From: Nostoc sp.
GTDB taxonomy: Bacteria > Cyanobacteriota > Cyanobacteriia > Cyanobacteriales > Nostocaceae
Length of the DNA stretch: 64,000 bases
Reading direction: 5' to 3'
NCBI GenBank assembly: GCA_036918135.1
Contig: JBALDB010000008.1
Span: 64,001 to 128,000 of the forward strand
Part shown: positions 28,501 to 38,025 of the stretch, piece by piece
Position numbering within the stretch: position 1 is the first letter of the stretch
How the letters are laid out: every line of letters begins with the position of its first letter
The notes under the pieces: generated by a model
Database searches by the model: none
Told to the model about the DNA's origin: nothing
The model's input: only the letters and a program-made list of their open reading frames with translations
Made by a program: the position numbers and the translations under genes

Positions 28501-30610
28501 AATCATTTTGAAATATTTCAGGCAGAGAAGCATCTTGAGGTGCGTTAGTACCATCTACGATATTGATATCGGTTGGGTCTAGCAACAAGTTACCAACAAT
28601 ACCATTTTTAACACTCAGATCGGCATTGCCACGGTAAATCAGGTTTTCCTTACCCGACACTTCGACTTTACCACCATTGCCAGAGTTCAGACCACCACGA
28701 GCGGTAATATTGCCAAAAAATCCTGTTGTCTTGTCACCCCAAACAATAACCCGTCCGCCATTGCCATTCAAATTGCTATCGGCATTAATGAGGGAGTTTG
28801 AGTCAACATAAGTCTGATCTGCGTTGGGTAAAGTCCCCTTACCTTGGTAATCGCCGCCAATTAGCACAGTACCGCCGCCATTGCTTCCAGAGGCGTTAAT
28901 ATTGGCATCAATCACCCCGACTCGTTTACCCAAAGCAATTACCGTACCGCCTGTTTGACTCGATGCATTCACTGTCCCAGAAACAATAGTTGTACCTGGA
29001 GTTGTGGGAATTGTGACATTAGAGCCTGTCAATTTTACAGTTCCATCAGGACTAGCAGTTAACCCTGTGTTACCAACTGTGAGCAATTCAGGTAAAGATG
29101 CAATGGGGATTGTCCAGTTATTGAGTTGGTTGCTACTAGAGGCGAGGGGCTGAATTTCTAGACTCAGCAGATTTCCTGGCTGACTGAGACGCACCCAATT
29201 TTGTCCTGGTACTGATGTAACGGTAATTTGCCCTCCCGGTGCCGAAAGTTGCCCGGTGTTGACTACAGTACCGCCTAATAAATTCAAATTTTGCCCACTA
29301 CCTACTACCAAATTTCCAGCATTTGCGATCGCTCCTGGCTGGTTTGTACTAAAAGCAAATCCGTTGGGGTTTCCAACTAAAGCATTGTAGTCATTCACAC
29401 CGATGGCGTTAAACCAACTGCTGCCAAAACCAATGCCGTTAGCTGTTGTCACCGTGAAAGCACCAGGTACATTTAAGCTGGCGTTTGATCCAAAAATAAA
29501 TCCGGCGGGATTCATCAAGAAGAGGTTAGAATTGCCACCTGTTACCTCAATTAAGCCGTTAATGATAGAAGGATTACCGCCTGTAACTCGACCAAGGATA
29601 TTTTGCAGCGCTGGACTGGCTTGAAAGTTGGCGATTTGTTCTGGTGAAATCCCAAATTGTTGAAAGCTGTGAAAGAGGTTTGCACCATCTTTTGAAGTTG
29701 TGCCGCCAGTGATATCAAGTCGATTGCCATTTGGTGTAACAATTGTGTTTGTCCCATCGGCAGCAGGAACTATTTTTTGTGCTTGGGCTAATCTGGGACT
29801 TAGCAGCGAGGCAATAACTAGGACTGAAGCGGCGATATTAGACAATAAAGATTTTTTGCGCCGTAATATAAAGCGACCTGTAGGCAATTCTACATCAATT
29901 TGTAACTTGTCTGCTAATCCGCGTCGCCAAAGTGCTTGAGCGATCGCCTTCTGCGACCAGAGTATTTGTTCTGTTCTTCTGGTAGTAGAGATGCTTTGAG
30001 AATGAATTCGGTAGAGATAGAGTGGCTCTTGAACCCGGCGTACCTGGGCTATTTCTGAAAGTCGTAGACATAGGTCGTATTCTTCGGTGTAGCGGAACGA
30101 CTTGTTAACACCTCCCACTCGGTCGTAAACCGATCTCCGAATCAAGCGGAAGTGAAACGTCATGAAGTTTACCAACAACCCTTCTTTGGAGTAAGGAATG
30201 TCGCAGCGATGACCGTAGCCGATAACTTTACCTTCTCGATCAATATTTAAGTAGTCAGTGTAAACAAATCCTGTTTCAGGATGGCTATTAAGTACAGTAG
30301 CAGTTTTTGCCAGAGCGGTGGGGGCTAGGATATCATCACTGTCTACCAAACCAAAGTAAGTGCCGCTAGTTTGGCTGATCGCTGCTTTAGAAGCCGCAGC
30401 AATTCCCTGATGGTGTGCTTGGACTACCCGCACTCGTCCGTCTTGTTGAGCATAGTTGTTTGCGATCGCCAGCGAGCCATCTGTAGAGCCATCATCCCAA
30501 ATTAGTAGCTCAAAATCTTGCCATGTCTGCGCTAAGACACTGGCGATCGCTTCTTGAAGATAAGCCTCCCGGTTGTAATTGACGATGATAATGGAAATCA
30601 GTGGTGACAT
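25565..30610 (-). CDS. Fusion: GT2 glycosyltransferase + internal signal peptide + filamentous haemagglutinin/TPS domain + Ig/cadherin-like segment + CHAT domain
   Basis: IIIVNYNR, DDGSTDGS, VDSDD, EEYDL; then RRKK-hydrophobic-AQAQ; NLFHSFQQF, NLFLMNPAG; IHMATHA, VLSACRTA, HPYYWAGF. A single open frame. Confidence 0.88.
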   Translation of the reverse strand: MSPLISIIIVNYNREAYLQEAIASVLAQTWQDFELLIWDDGSTDGSLAIANNYAQQDGRVRVVQAHHQGIAAASKAAISQTSGTYFGLVDSDDILAPTALAKTATVLNSHPETGFVYTDYLNIDREGKVIGYGHRCDIPYSKEGLLVNFMTFHFRLIRRSVYDRVGGVNKSFRYTEEYDLCLRLSEIAQVRRVQEPLYLYRIHSQSISTTRRTEQILWSQKAIAQALWRRGLADKLQIDVELPTGRFILRRKKSLLSNIAASVLVIASLLSPRLAQAQKIVPAADGTNTIVTPNGNRLDITGGTTSKDGANLFHSFQQFGISPEQIANFQASPALQNILGRVTGGNPSIINGLIEVTGGNSNLFLMNPAGFIFGSNASLNVPGAFTVTTANGIGFGSSWFNAIGVNDYNALVGNPNGFAFSTNQPGAIANAGNLVVGSGQNLNLLGGTVVNTGQLSAPGGQITVTSVPGQNWVRLSQPGNLLSLEIQPLASSSNQLNNWTIPIASLPELLTVGNTGLTASPDGTVKLTGSNVTIPTTPGTTIVSGTVNASSQTGGTVIALGKRVGVIDANINASGSNGGGTVLIGGDYQGKGTLPNADQTYVDSNSLINADSNLNGNGGRVIVWGDKTTGFFGNITARGGLNSGNGGKVEVSGKENLIYRGNADLSVKNGIVGNLLLDPTDINIVDGTNAPQDASLPEIFQNDSPAIFTISKASLESQNAAVTLAATNNITIANGVSLNFVNDGGKAIAFTADADGNGVGAFTMGIGDTIRTNGRDITISGASLSLGVINTSSFFIDEGGQFITNGNGANVTLSARGNITAGDIIATGQGYQSSSGSIIVQSTSGGITLNNLDTSNVQDPNPDFPASATAGGVTLSAAGNILTNTINSSSINGSEFGRGGDVVAKTTLGSITTGAINSSIVSPKSDPFTGTAGTVSLTARDNITVNGAIDTSATTTAGNIGTAATGGNVALETTNTFGSTIRFSSINTQSRTNVFNFELTQDTGQGGNVQVLTNGLVQGIGTINNGETDTGVTIATSKFAPFRGSPILQPIAGGGTVRIQHDGGPNNVPFTVGDASINGTAGSINTGDNFINPSNSFPVLPNGGDASGTPTGIAITSVNTPPTLTTTNTLLSSDAQVNQTLSFTFTTTTNDVNLDNTTVVIDSIQAGTLRRGNTVLAAGDTLTTGETLNYTPPTDSTGLINAFTVRASDVVSSSTPVQVAINVRPPNNRPDPAPCTFQCNSPDKPINPGSNNPNINDPVLNTDPTPEDKFTDDFGDHLGIRNPKIKTLDDAKEIARKIEEATGVKPAFMYVSFVPVEIIPERTKQLNTLSEQDSDQLEIVLVTGKGDPIRKRITETTKAKVLQVAQEFRDQIVSPQNRRRTGYLRSSQQLYRWLIAPVEADLQARKINNLVFLPDIGLRSTPMAALHDGKQFLVEKYSIGLMPSLSLTNTVYTDIRKSQILALGVSQSTQGQDPLPAVPVEISTLVSKLWQGKLLLDKQATLKNLKNVRRQQPFGIIHMATHADFATGGLSNSYIQLWEDKLRLNQLRQLRLNEPQVEMMVLSACRTALGDEESELGFAGLAVLAGVKTSVASLWSVNDSGTAALMTKFYENLRTAPIKAEALRQAQVAMAKGQIYVKDGQVQGLGAVGNLPLPADSIDEPDQSLMHPYYWAGFTMVGNPW

Positions 30611-30788
30611 CGAAGTAATCCCAGTTTTCTACCTGTTACTAGAATATAATCCTCAGGGCTTTCACTTAGGTAATCATTGCTGTTTATTATTTTTTAGTTA
30701 CAAATTTTCTTAAATTTGAATGTCAAAAATATGATATTCAGATATTCATCCACCCAAAATCAGTAAATGGTTATCAGTGAACAGATAA

Positions 30789-32672
30789 TTGATAACTGTT
30801 CAGCCACCCCACCGAGGATCAATGAAAAAAGGAACAGAAACTAGTGTTAAACCCAAAGCAATGACTCAACCAAAAATTGTCTATCTCTCTGGTCAATTAG
30901 ACACTTGGCAAAGTCTGGCAAATAATAAATGGAATCAGCACAGTTTCGGTTTCAAGTGTGGCTTGTTAATTCTGCCTGCGGTCTGGATTGTAACTGCCAA
31001 TGCACCCAGAGCTATAGCTAATAACTTTATACCAAACTCGGCTGCAAATAGCAGTTCACCAGAGTTACAAATAGTACAAACTCCAAAGCCTTCCCCGGTA
31101 ACTGAGCCTAATCAACCAGCACCAAACCCCCAATCATCGCCAGTACAACCAGAGACACCACAACGCATTCGAGTCCGCAAAATCCAGGTTGTAGATAGCA
31201 CAGTTTTTACTGAAAAGGACTGGAATCCAGTTGTCAAGCAGTTTGAACAACGAGACTTGACTTTAGAAGAAATCAGACAAGCAGCAGATGCCGTTACCCA
31301 ACTTTATCTTAATAAAGGTTATCTCAATTCCAGAGCGATTCCAGACACTCAGCAACCTAGCACCGCCGATGGTGTTGTGGTAATTCGGGTAATTGAAGGG
31401 CGTTTAGCAGAGATAGATATCGAAGGGACGCGGCGATTAAAGCCATCTTATATTCGCAGTCGCATCGAATTGGGTGCTGGTATTCCTCTAAATATTGGTA
31501 AGCTAGAAGACCAACTGAAACTATTGCGACTCGATCCCCTATTGACGAATGTAGAAGCACGTCTGCGTCCCACGGGTAGAGTTGGTGAAAGTGTTCTGGT
31601 TGTCAGAGTCCAAGAGGCAAATCCTTTAACTGGTAGTTTGGGTATAGATAATTATTCGCCTCCTGCGATTGGTGCAGAAAGATTCGGTATTGAACTGCGC
31701 GATCGCAATTTAACTGGTATGGGAGATGAATTAGCAGGCTCTTATTACCACTCGTTCAGCGGTGGTTCTGATATCTTCGATTTCAGCTATCAAGTTCCGG
31801 TGAATGCTATGGATGGCAGGGTGCAGATTAGAGCTGCATTTAATCGTAATGAGATTACTGAAGCCCCATTCAATGCGTTTGACATTCGGGCAAACCAGGA
31901 TCTTTATGAAATCAATTATCGTCAACCATTAATGCGATCGCCCAGAGAAGAATTTGCCTTATCGTTAGGATTTACTTATCAAAACGGTCAAACTTTTCTC
32001 TTCGATAACCTTGCAACTCCCTTTGGTGTCGGCCCCGATGCCAATGGAGTTAGCCGTACCAGCGTCATTAAGTTTGCTCAAGATTATACCAGACGCGAAG
32101 CCCAAGGTGCTTGGTTCTTGCGATCGCAATTTAATTTTGGCATTGACATCTTAGATGCCACAATCAACAATGACCCCATACCTGATGGTCGCTTTTTCAG
32201 TTGGCTATTGCAAGTACAGCGCGTACAGCGACTCAGCAACAATCAATTATTGCTCATCCAAGGAGACTTACAGCTAACACCAGATAGCCTCTTACCTTCT
32301 GAGCAATTCGTGATTGGCGGCGGACAATCAGTCAGAGGATATCGCCAAAATATCCGCTCAGGAGATAATGGATTTCGGGTAGCACTCGAAGATAGAATCA
32401 CAGTACAGCGTAATGAATCTGGATTATCCACGATTCAACTTGCACCATTTGTTGATATGGGAGCCGTCTGGAATAAGTCTAATAATCCCAATCCGCTACC
32501 CAATCAAACTTTTCTGATTGGTGCAGGCTTGGGATTATTATGGAATCAAGCCTTTGGAATTGATAATCTAAATTTACGACTCGATTATGGATTTCCATTT
32601 ATCGATTTGAGCGATCGCGGTAATAACGCTCAAGATGATGGGTTTTATTTTAGCCTGCGGTATCAGCCGTAA
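30789..32672 (+). CDS. ShlB/FhaC/HecB (TpsB) outer-membrane transporter; start uncertain (ATG 30821 or 30861)
   Basis: POTRA-like YLNKGYLNSRA and VIEGRL, SVRGYRQN loop motif, beta-barrel C-terminus FYFSLRY. Confidence 0.9.
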   Translation: MITVQPPHRGSMKKGTETSVKPKAMTQPKIVYLSGQLDTWQSLANNKWNQHSFGFKCGLLILPAVWIVTANAPRAIANNFIPNSAANSSSPELQIVQTPKPSPVTEPNQPAPNPQSSPVQPETPQRIRVRKIQVVDSTVFTEKDWNPVVKQFEQRDLTLEEIRQAADAVTQLYLNKGYLNSRAIPDTQQPSTADGVVVIRVIEGRLAEIDIEGTRRLKPSYIRSRIELGAGIPLNIGKLEDQLKLLRLDPLLTNVEARLRPTGRVGESVLVVRVQEANPLTGSLGIDNYSPPAIGAERFGIELRDRNLTGMGDELAGSYYHSFSGGSDIFDFSYQVPVNAMDGRVQIRAAFNRNEITEAPFNAFDIRANQDLYEINYRQPLMRSPREEFALSLGFTYQNGQTFLFDNLATPFGVGPDANGVSRTSVIKFAQDYTRREAQGAWFLRSQFNFGIDILDATINNDPIPDGRFFSWLLQVQRVQRLSNNQLLLIQGDLQLTPDSLLPSEQFVIGGGQSVRGYRQNIRSGDNGFRVALEDRITVQRNESGLSTIQLAPFVDMGAVWNKSNNPNPLPNQTFLIGAGLGLLWNQAFGIDNLNLRLDYGFPFIDLSDRGNNAQDDGFYFSLRYQP

Positions 32673-32750
32673 TGGGAGATGGGGAGATGGGGGAGATGGG
32701 GCAGGGGGCAGGGGAGAAAAACTAATGACTAATAACCAATGACAAATGAC

Positions 32751-33317
32751 TTATTTTTTATACAAAGCGCGATATTCCCAAGGATTGATAAATTTAGTAT
32801 CGCTCCAAACGCCAACCCGTTGTTGTTTGGCTTCAGCTTCAGCTTGTTGAATTATGTCTCTACTAGGACATTTATTTAAATAGGGACGATACACTTTTGC
32901 TAAGCCTTCTTGTAACAATACCTGCTGGATAAAAGTACCATTTTTTAACCTAATTTCTGCAATTTTACGCCCATAACGGTCATTATCAGTAATATTTAAA
33001 GTTACGCGATCCCCTCCTTGCTGCACGAGTTGTTGCACGCGTTCTTGAGCTTTTCTACCCCAACTAAATTGATTGCGATCGCTACTAACTTTACTCTGTT
33101 TTTCCTTATTAGAATGAGCTATTTCTGGCGCATCTACACAAGCAAAGCGCACAGTAAAATTTTTCCCATTAGCATCTTTCAATACTATTGTATCACCATC
33201 ACTTACTCGCTCAACTACATCTCCAGAGTTACCAATAAAGCGGTCGCACCCCATCAAACCCAAAATTATGATAGTTGTACACAGCCAAAATAGCACTATT
33301 TTAATTAATTTCTCCAT
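32751..33317 (-). CDS. Thermonuclease (SNase) family lipoprotein
   Basis: Lipobox LMGC; SDGDT, VRFACVDAPE, DRYGR, GVW. Confidence 0.9.
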   Translation of the reverse strand: MEKLIKIVLFWLCTTIIILGLMGCDRFIGNSGDVVERVSDGDTIVLKDANGKNFTVRFACVDAPEIAHSNKEKQSKVSSDRNQFSWGRKAQERVQQLVQQGGDRVTLNITDNDRYGRKIAEIRLKNGTFIQQVLLQEGLAKVYRPYLNKCPSRDIIQQAEAEAKQQRVGVWSDTKFINPWEYRALYKK

Positions 33318-33373
33318 CCAAACTCACCAAGTTATCTTTGAAGCATGATATAGCAAAATCAAAAGATATTTTC

Positions 33374-33682
33374 TCAACTGTTGACATAGTGCCGCAGGTA
33401 TTCTAATGATATCTGAATTTTCGTATCTACTAATTGATTACCAATAGGTAATCGTTCTCCTGTCACCCAAGCTTCTTGAGATTGACACTGATATATTTTC
33501 CGGGGTGAATCATTTAAATAATCATCAACTGTGCGATTGTATTGTCTTTTTGCACGATTTATAAGTAGCTTCAGAATATTTTCTGTATCATCTGGCTTTA
33601 ATTGTGATGCAGTTCCATAAAAATACAAACCATCTGCTGTACCTTCAGAAATACTCTGCGTCCCTTTGCGCTTACTTGGCAT
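33374..33682 (-). CDS. Hypothetical protein
   Basis: 102-aa ATG ORF that fills the gap co-directionally; no recognised motif. Confidence 0.4.
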   Translation of the reverse strand: MPSKRKGTQSISEGTADGLYFYGTASQLKPDDTENILKLLINRAKRQYNRTVDDYLNDSPRKIYQCQSQEAWVTGERLPIGNQLVDTKIQISLEYLRHYVNS

Positions 33683-33759
33683 GACTTTGCGTTTAAAAAC
33701 ATTACTATTTTAAGCAAAGTTGTACTTACTCTATTCATCAGTTAGATTACTACGACCAA

Positions 33760-35085
33760 TTAAAGTTGATTTCGCGCCTTCAATTGCAGATATCGTTCAA
33801 CCAACTCATCTGCAATTTTATTCGCTGGTGCATCTAATACTAATACACCTTTTTGTTTCAACTGAGCAAATGCCACTTGTCGCTGTGCTAATAAATCTAA
33901 TGCTACTGCACGCACATAAGTACCTATAACATTTTCACTAAAAGTGTTTGCTAAACTATCGACTTGTGGATCTCGCAGAGTTACGCAAAATGGCAGATAA
34001 CGGGGCGCTAGTTTGGAAAGTGCAGCCAACAGTTCCATAGAAGCAGTAACATCAACTAAATCCGTAATCACCACTACAAGCGCCCTGCGAGTTTGTCGTT
34101 GCACAACATTTGTTACCGCACCCAAATAATCAGATTCAAATAACACAGGTTGAATCGGAGTTAGCTTATCGATTAGCTGATTCAAATGAAGTTGACCGCG
34201 TTCTGGGGGAATCCACGTATGCATTTGGCGGTCAAATACACCAACACCAACGCGATCGCCTCGATGTAAACCCGCTAAAGCTAAGGATAAAGTTGCATTC
34301 AAACCCCAATCAAATCGTTGCAAACCTTGGACTTTTGCCGTCATCAACCTGCCGCGATCGAGTAAAATCAGCAAAGTTTGCTCTTGTTCTGGTTCCAGCA
34401 CCCTTACCAGTGGCGGCGAGTTACCATAAGCACCAACCCGACGGGCGGTAGCTTTCCAATCAATGAACCGCAAATCGTCACCAGTGCGATAATTCCGCAG
34501 TTCGGCAAACTCTGTACCGATACCCGTTTGTCTAGCTTGGCGCATTGCTCCCGATGATTGCAATGTTAGGCGAATTGTTAGCGATCGCAATCCAATTAAA
34601 TCAGGATAAACTTTCACTGGCAAACTTTGCAAAATCTGCCAATCATCCCAAGCTAATCTCCAAAGTCCCAATTGTCTTACTTGAATATTTCCCCAAGGAA
34701 ATTCTCCCCGTTGTATTGGGTTAATGGTATACGTTAATTCCTGGGTGCTATTACTGGGAATAGTGGCATCTAGTGCAGGTACAGATACACCAAAACCTGT
34801 TGGATAATAGTCGCGGATTTGAATTTGGGCATTGGCATTTTCTGATGTTACTTTCAAGACAACTGGATTATCTCGCCCAATGGATAATCGCGACGGTAAT
34901 TCGCGGGTAATTTGGACGCGAGAACGCCGCACCCGTAAACCATCCACAACCATTAATATTAAAACTACGACATCAAATAGCAAAGTGATAGCGATGGTTG
35001 CGGAAATCGTCAGAAAAAGGGATAGGATAAAGGCGATCGCAATTCCCGATACTAATAAAAAATAAACTCGTTTGGAAGGAACCAT
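33760..35085 (-). CDS. DUF58 (vWA-like, MoxR-associated) protein
   Basis: GTEFAELRNYRTGDDLRFIDWKATAR, LLDRGRLM, VVITDL. Confidence 0.9.
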   Translation of the reverse strand: MVPSKRVYFLLVSGIAIAFILSLFLTISATIAITLLFDVVVLILMVVDGLRVRRSRVQITRELPSRLSIGRDNPVVLKVTSENANAQIQIRDYYPTGFGVSVPALDATIPSNSTQELTYTINPIQRGEFPWGNIQVRQLGLWRLAWDDWQILQSLPVKVYPDLIGLRSLTIRLTLQSSGAMRQARQTGIGTEFAELRNYRTGDDLRFIDWKATARRVGAYGNSPPLVRVLEPEQEQTLLILLDRGRLMTAKVQGLQRFDWGLNATLSLALAGLHRGDRVGVGVFDRQMHTWIPPERGQLHLNQLIDKLTPIQPVLFESDYLGAVTNVVQRQTRRALVVVITDLVDVTASMELLAALSKLAPRYLPFCVTLRDPQVDSLANTFSENVIGTYVRAVALDLLAQRQVAFAQLKQKGVLVLDAPANKIADELVERYLQLKARNQL

Positions 35086-35102
35086 TTTTTGGTTTATATA
35101 GC

Positions 35103-37928
35103 TTACTTAGTGGAGCTGCTTTTTTGATTGTTATTAGGATTGGATGGATGTTGCTCAGTAGGATCGGATGGATGTTGCTCAGTAGGATCGGATGGATGTT
35201 GGTCAGTAGGATGGGATGGAGGATCGCGCTGGTCAGGTTTGGTTCCTAAATCAGACGCCCAGTTGTTCTCCTCTGTTAACCCAAAGTTTCTTGTCTCAAA
35301 CCACTCTGATTTGAGTAGCGACCACCAATCAGCCGTCAGCCCTTTCAATACATAGTCATAGGGAAGCCAACCATAACCCCCTTCTCCCCAATCATTTCCC
35401 CAAGAGTTTCTAATCAGTAACGCTCCTTGTGACACCATACCATCAGTGTTTTGTATTACCTTATAATCTTCATAGCCAACTGCAACAGCAGCGTGACCTC
35501 CTTTTACCTTATCTTTCTCAACTGGGTACGGAATATGACCTCTTTGGTTTGAGTCATTGTCGATGGAATCATAAATAGTAAACCCAAATGCACAAGGAAA
35601 ACCAGCAGCTAAAACCGTCTTAATCCGAAATAACAATATATCCTCTGAAGTCCCCGCAGGATTGAGACGGAAGTATTTCAGCGCTTGATAACTCTGAGCA
35701 AAAGAGTAGCAGAAGTTAGTTGGTTCCTCATCAAACTTATCTTCTTCATAAGGCCAGTACTCCTCTGGGGGCACACCAAATAATGCCATTGCCTTCATAG
35801 TTTCTCGAAGAGATGCTCCTGCGTCACCTTGGCGATGCATTAAAGTGCGTGTCACTTTGTAAAGAAATAGTCGAGAAGCATCGATATACCTATCAAAACT
35901 TCTTTTCTCAAAATACTCCATTAAGGCGATCCCAGCATGTGCTGTACATGAAGCCAGTGAACCTTGCTCTTCAATGGGAGAACACCAAAAGCTTAAATCG
36001 ACGAATTCTGGTACTAATAAATTTACATTTTTTTGAAAGTTTGGCCGATGTTCTTTTTGTTTTTGTTCTTCTCTGATTCTTTTCTCTAAATCCCATTCTA
36101 GGAGAACAATTTGTAAATCCCCTTGAAAGCCTGGTTCTTTTTCTAACTCCGGTTCGACGTGGGTTTTCGGAGGCAGTATTTGAATAACTGTCCTCAGACT
36201 TTTATGATATAAAATTTCTATTCTCTCTTCTTCTTCTGGCTTGGGTTGAGGATTATTAGGTTTTATTCTATTTTCTAAACACTTGAGAGACTTAAAGATG
36301 TCATTTATCTTCTCTAGAGAGTTGGATACCTTATTTTTTTGTTTTGGATCATTGTTAAACTTATTAAGAGCTTGTTTAAAACTTAAAAAATTGGAAATAG
36401 CTATAGGTATAAATAATGGATTACGCTTCCACTCTTTCAGCAAATCTGTTTTTTGGTCTAATATTTGAAAAATATTAAACTTTTCCGAAAAGTTTTGCTT
36501 TTGTAATTCTCTAATTATCTCAATTAATTCTTCATTGTGCTCTTTTTGAGGCTGATCTAATTTCTTAGATAACCATTTCTCGAATAATTTATCAAGCTGC
36601 TCTAAACTGTTGTTTACTACTGTCTCAAGATTTGGATGTTGAGCCAAAGGAGAAATTATTCGAGCAACCCATTTAACTATTAAATCAATTGTATTTTGTA
36701 ATTCTTTCTTGGATTCTGAAAAGTTATTTATTCGGTTAAACCCTTGCTCGTCAACAAAATCTTCTACTTGAAATTCAGTTATTTTAAAAATTTTTAAAAT
36801 AATTTCATAAAGTTTACTAGGTATTGGTGAAGCGCCTGGAATAATTAACTTTTCATGTACAGTTTCCAGATCTATCTCTGGAGTTTTTGAATCTGATATT
36901 AGATTTTTTAGACTGACCAGGTTTTGCAAAACTCTCCACGTTTCTTTACCAACTATACCATCCACTTTTAGCCCATACCTAGCTTGAAAACATCTAACTG
37001 CTTGCTCTGTCAGTGAATCAAAATATCCTGTTATTAATCCATTAAATTCTTCTAGCTGAATTAATCGCAACTGTAACTCTTTAACTTTCTCGTTACAATT
37101 ACCATATTCATATTTAGCGTTTTTATCTATTGTAGAATGATTGCCATCATTTATCTCTAGTGATTGAGAAGTTTTTTCTGGCTTTTTTGTTAATATATTG
37201 AAATTAGCGCTATTAGAATTATTAGCATTTTTTAATGTATTTTTAATTCTTTCAAACTCTGTCTTACATTTATCGAACATCTTTTGTCTTTCTTGAGTTT
37301 CTTTCGGAGAACTTCCCTTAATGTTTTGTTGAAATTCTAAAATTTGGTTCAAATATATTAGAAGATTAAATATAATATTATCAATTGGTTCTTTTCTAAA
37401 CCCAAATTCTAAAAGAATTTGATTTACGGCTTCTTTAGTGCAGTCACCAAAATAACCATACTCAGGTATGAGAAAGGGCCAATTATCTGTTTCAAAACTA
37501 TCATTTAAATTGAAGTTAAAAACTTGATTTAATTTATTTAGTGAATTAATTAAATTCTCACTTTTAGTTATAAAATTGGCAAAGTTCTTTTGATACTTCA
37601 GAAGATTCAATAACAATTTTTGAAGCTCATATACTTCATAACCTACATTGCCAGAAGCTAAAAATTTTTGTTTTTTTAAAGCTCTAACTTTGACTAACTT
37701 AAAACTTCCACGTATCGTTCTTTCAATCTTGTCAATTTTATCTAGATTTCGGGAAATCTTTGGGTCATTTTTGATTAAATCCAAAATTTCAGCTAGAGGT
37801 TCTTGCGCGTCGTTGGTTATTTGTAGATCCTGAAGTTTTGTCCCAAGCTTATCTTTGATTTTGCCTATGTGGTAGTCCCTAACATCAGGATAGTCTGGTA
37901 TCCAACCTGTTCCTTTTTTATCTACCAT
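35103..37928 (-). CDS. Papain-like C1 cysteine peptidase with large insert containing peptidoglycan-binding domain(s)
   Basis: N-terminal GWIPDYPDVRDY; G.FDSLTEQAVRCFQARYGLKVDGIVGKETW (PG_binding_1); QGSLASCTAHA, GGHA, IRNSWG catalytic motifs. Confidence 0.85.
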   Translation of the reverse strand: MVDKKGTGWIPDYPDVRDYHIGKIKDKLGTKLQDLQITNDAQEPLAEILDLIKNDPKISRNLDKIDKIERTIRGSFKLVKVRALKKQKFLASGNVGYEVYELQKLLLNLLKYQKNFANFITKSENLINSLNKLNQVFNFNLNDSFETDNWPFLIPEYGYFGDCTKEAVNQILLEFGFRKEPIDNIIFNLLIYLNQILEFQQNIKGSSPKETQERQKMFDKCKTEFERIKNTLKNANNSNSANFNILTKKPEKTSQSLEINDGNHSTIDKNAKYEYGNCNEKVKELQLRLIQLEEFNGLITGYFDSLTEQAVRCFQARYGLKVDGIVGKETWRVLQNLVSLKNLISDSKTPEIDLETVHEKLIIPGASPIPSKLYEIILKIFKITEFQVEDFVDEQGFNRINNFSESKKELQNTIDLIVKWVARIISPLAQHPNLETVVNNSLEQLDKLFEKWLSKKLDQPQKEHNEELIEIIRELQKQNFSEKFNIFQILDQKTDLLKEWKRNPLFIPIAISNFLSFKQALNKFNNDPKQKNKVSNSLEKINDIFKSLKCLENRIKPNNPQPKPEEEERIEILYHKSLRTVIQILPPKTHVEPELEKEPGFQGDLQIVLLEWDLEKRIREEQKQKEHRPNFQKNVNLLVPEFVDLSFWCSPIEEQGSLASCTAHAGIALMEYFEKRSFDRYIDASRLFLYKVTRTLMHRQGDAGASLRETMKAMALFGVPPEEYWPYEEDKFDEEPTNFCYSFAQSYQALKYFRLNPAGTSEDILLFRIKTVLAAGFPCAFGFTIYDSIDNDSNQRGHIPYPVEKDKVKGGHAAVAVGYEDYKVIQNTDGMVSQGALLIRNSWGNDWGEGGYGWLPYDYVLKGLTADWWSLLKSEWFETRNFGLTEENNWASDLGTKPDQRDPPSHPTDQHPSDPTEQHPSDPTEQHPSNPNNNQKSSSTK
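35141..35222. repeat. 24 bp tandem repeat x3 encoding (D/H)PT(E/D)QHPS
   Basis: gatggatgttgctcagtaggatcg unit repeated, in frame. Confidence 0.85.
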
Positions 37929-38025
37929 GATTTCCTTTAATATTTTTCTGGTTATATTTATCTGGCTTTATCTGAAATTTTATGCAAAATCGCTCAAAAG
38001 TTATGAAAGTTTATTCCTGTAAGCT

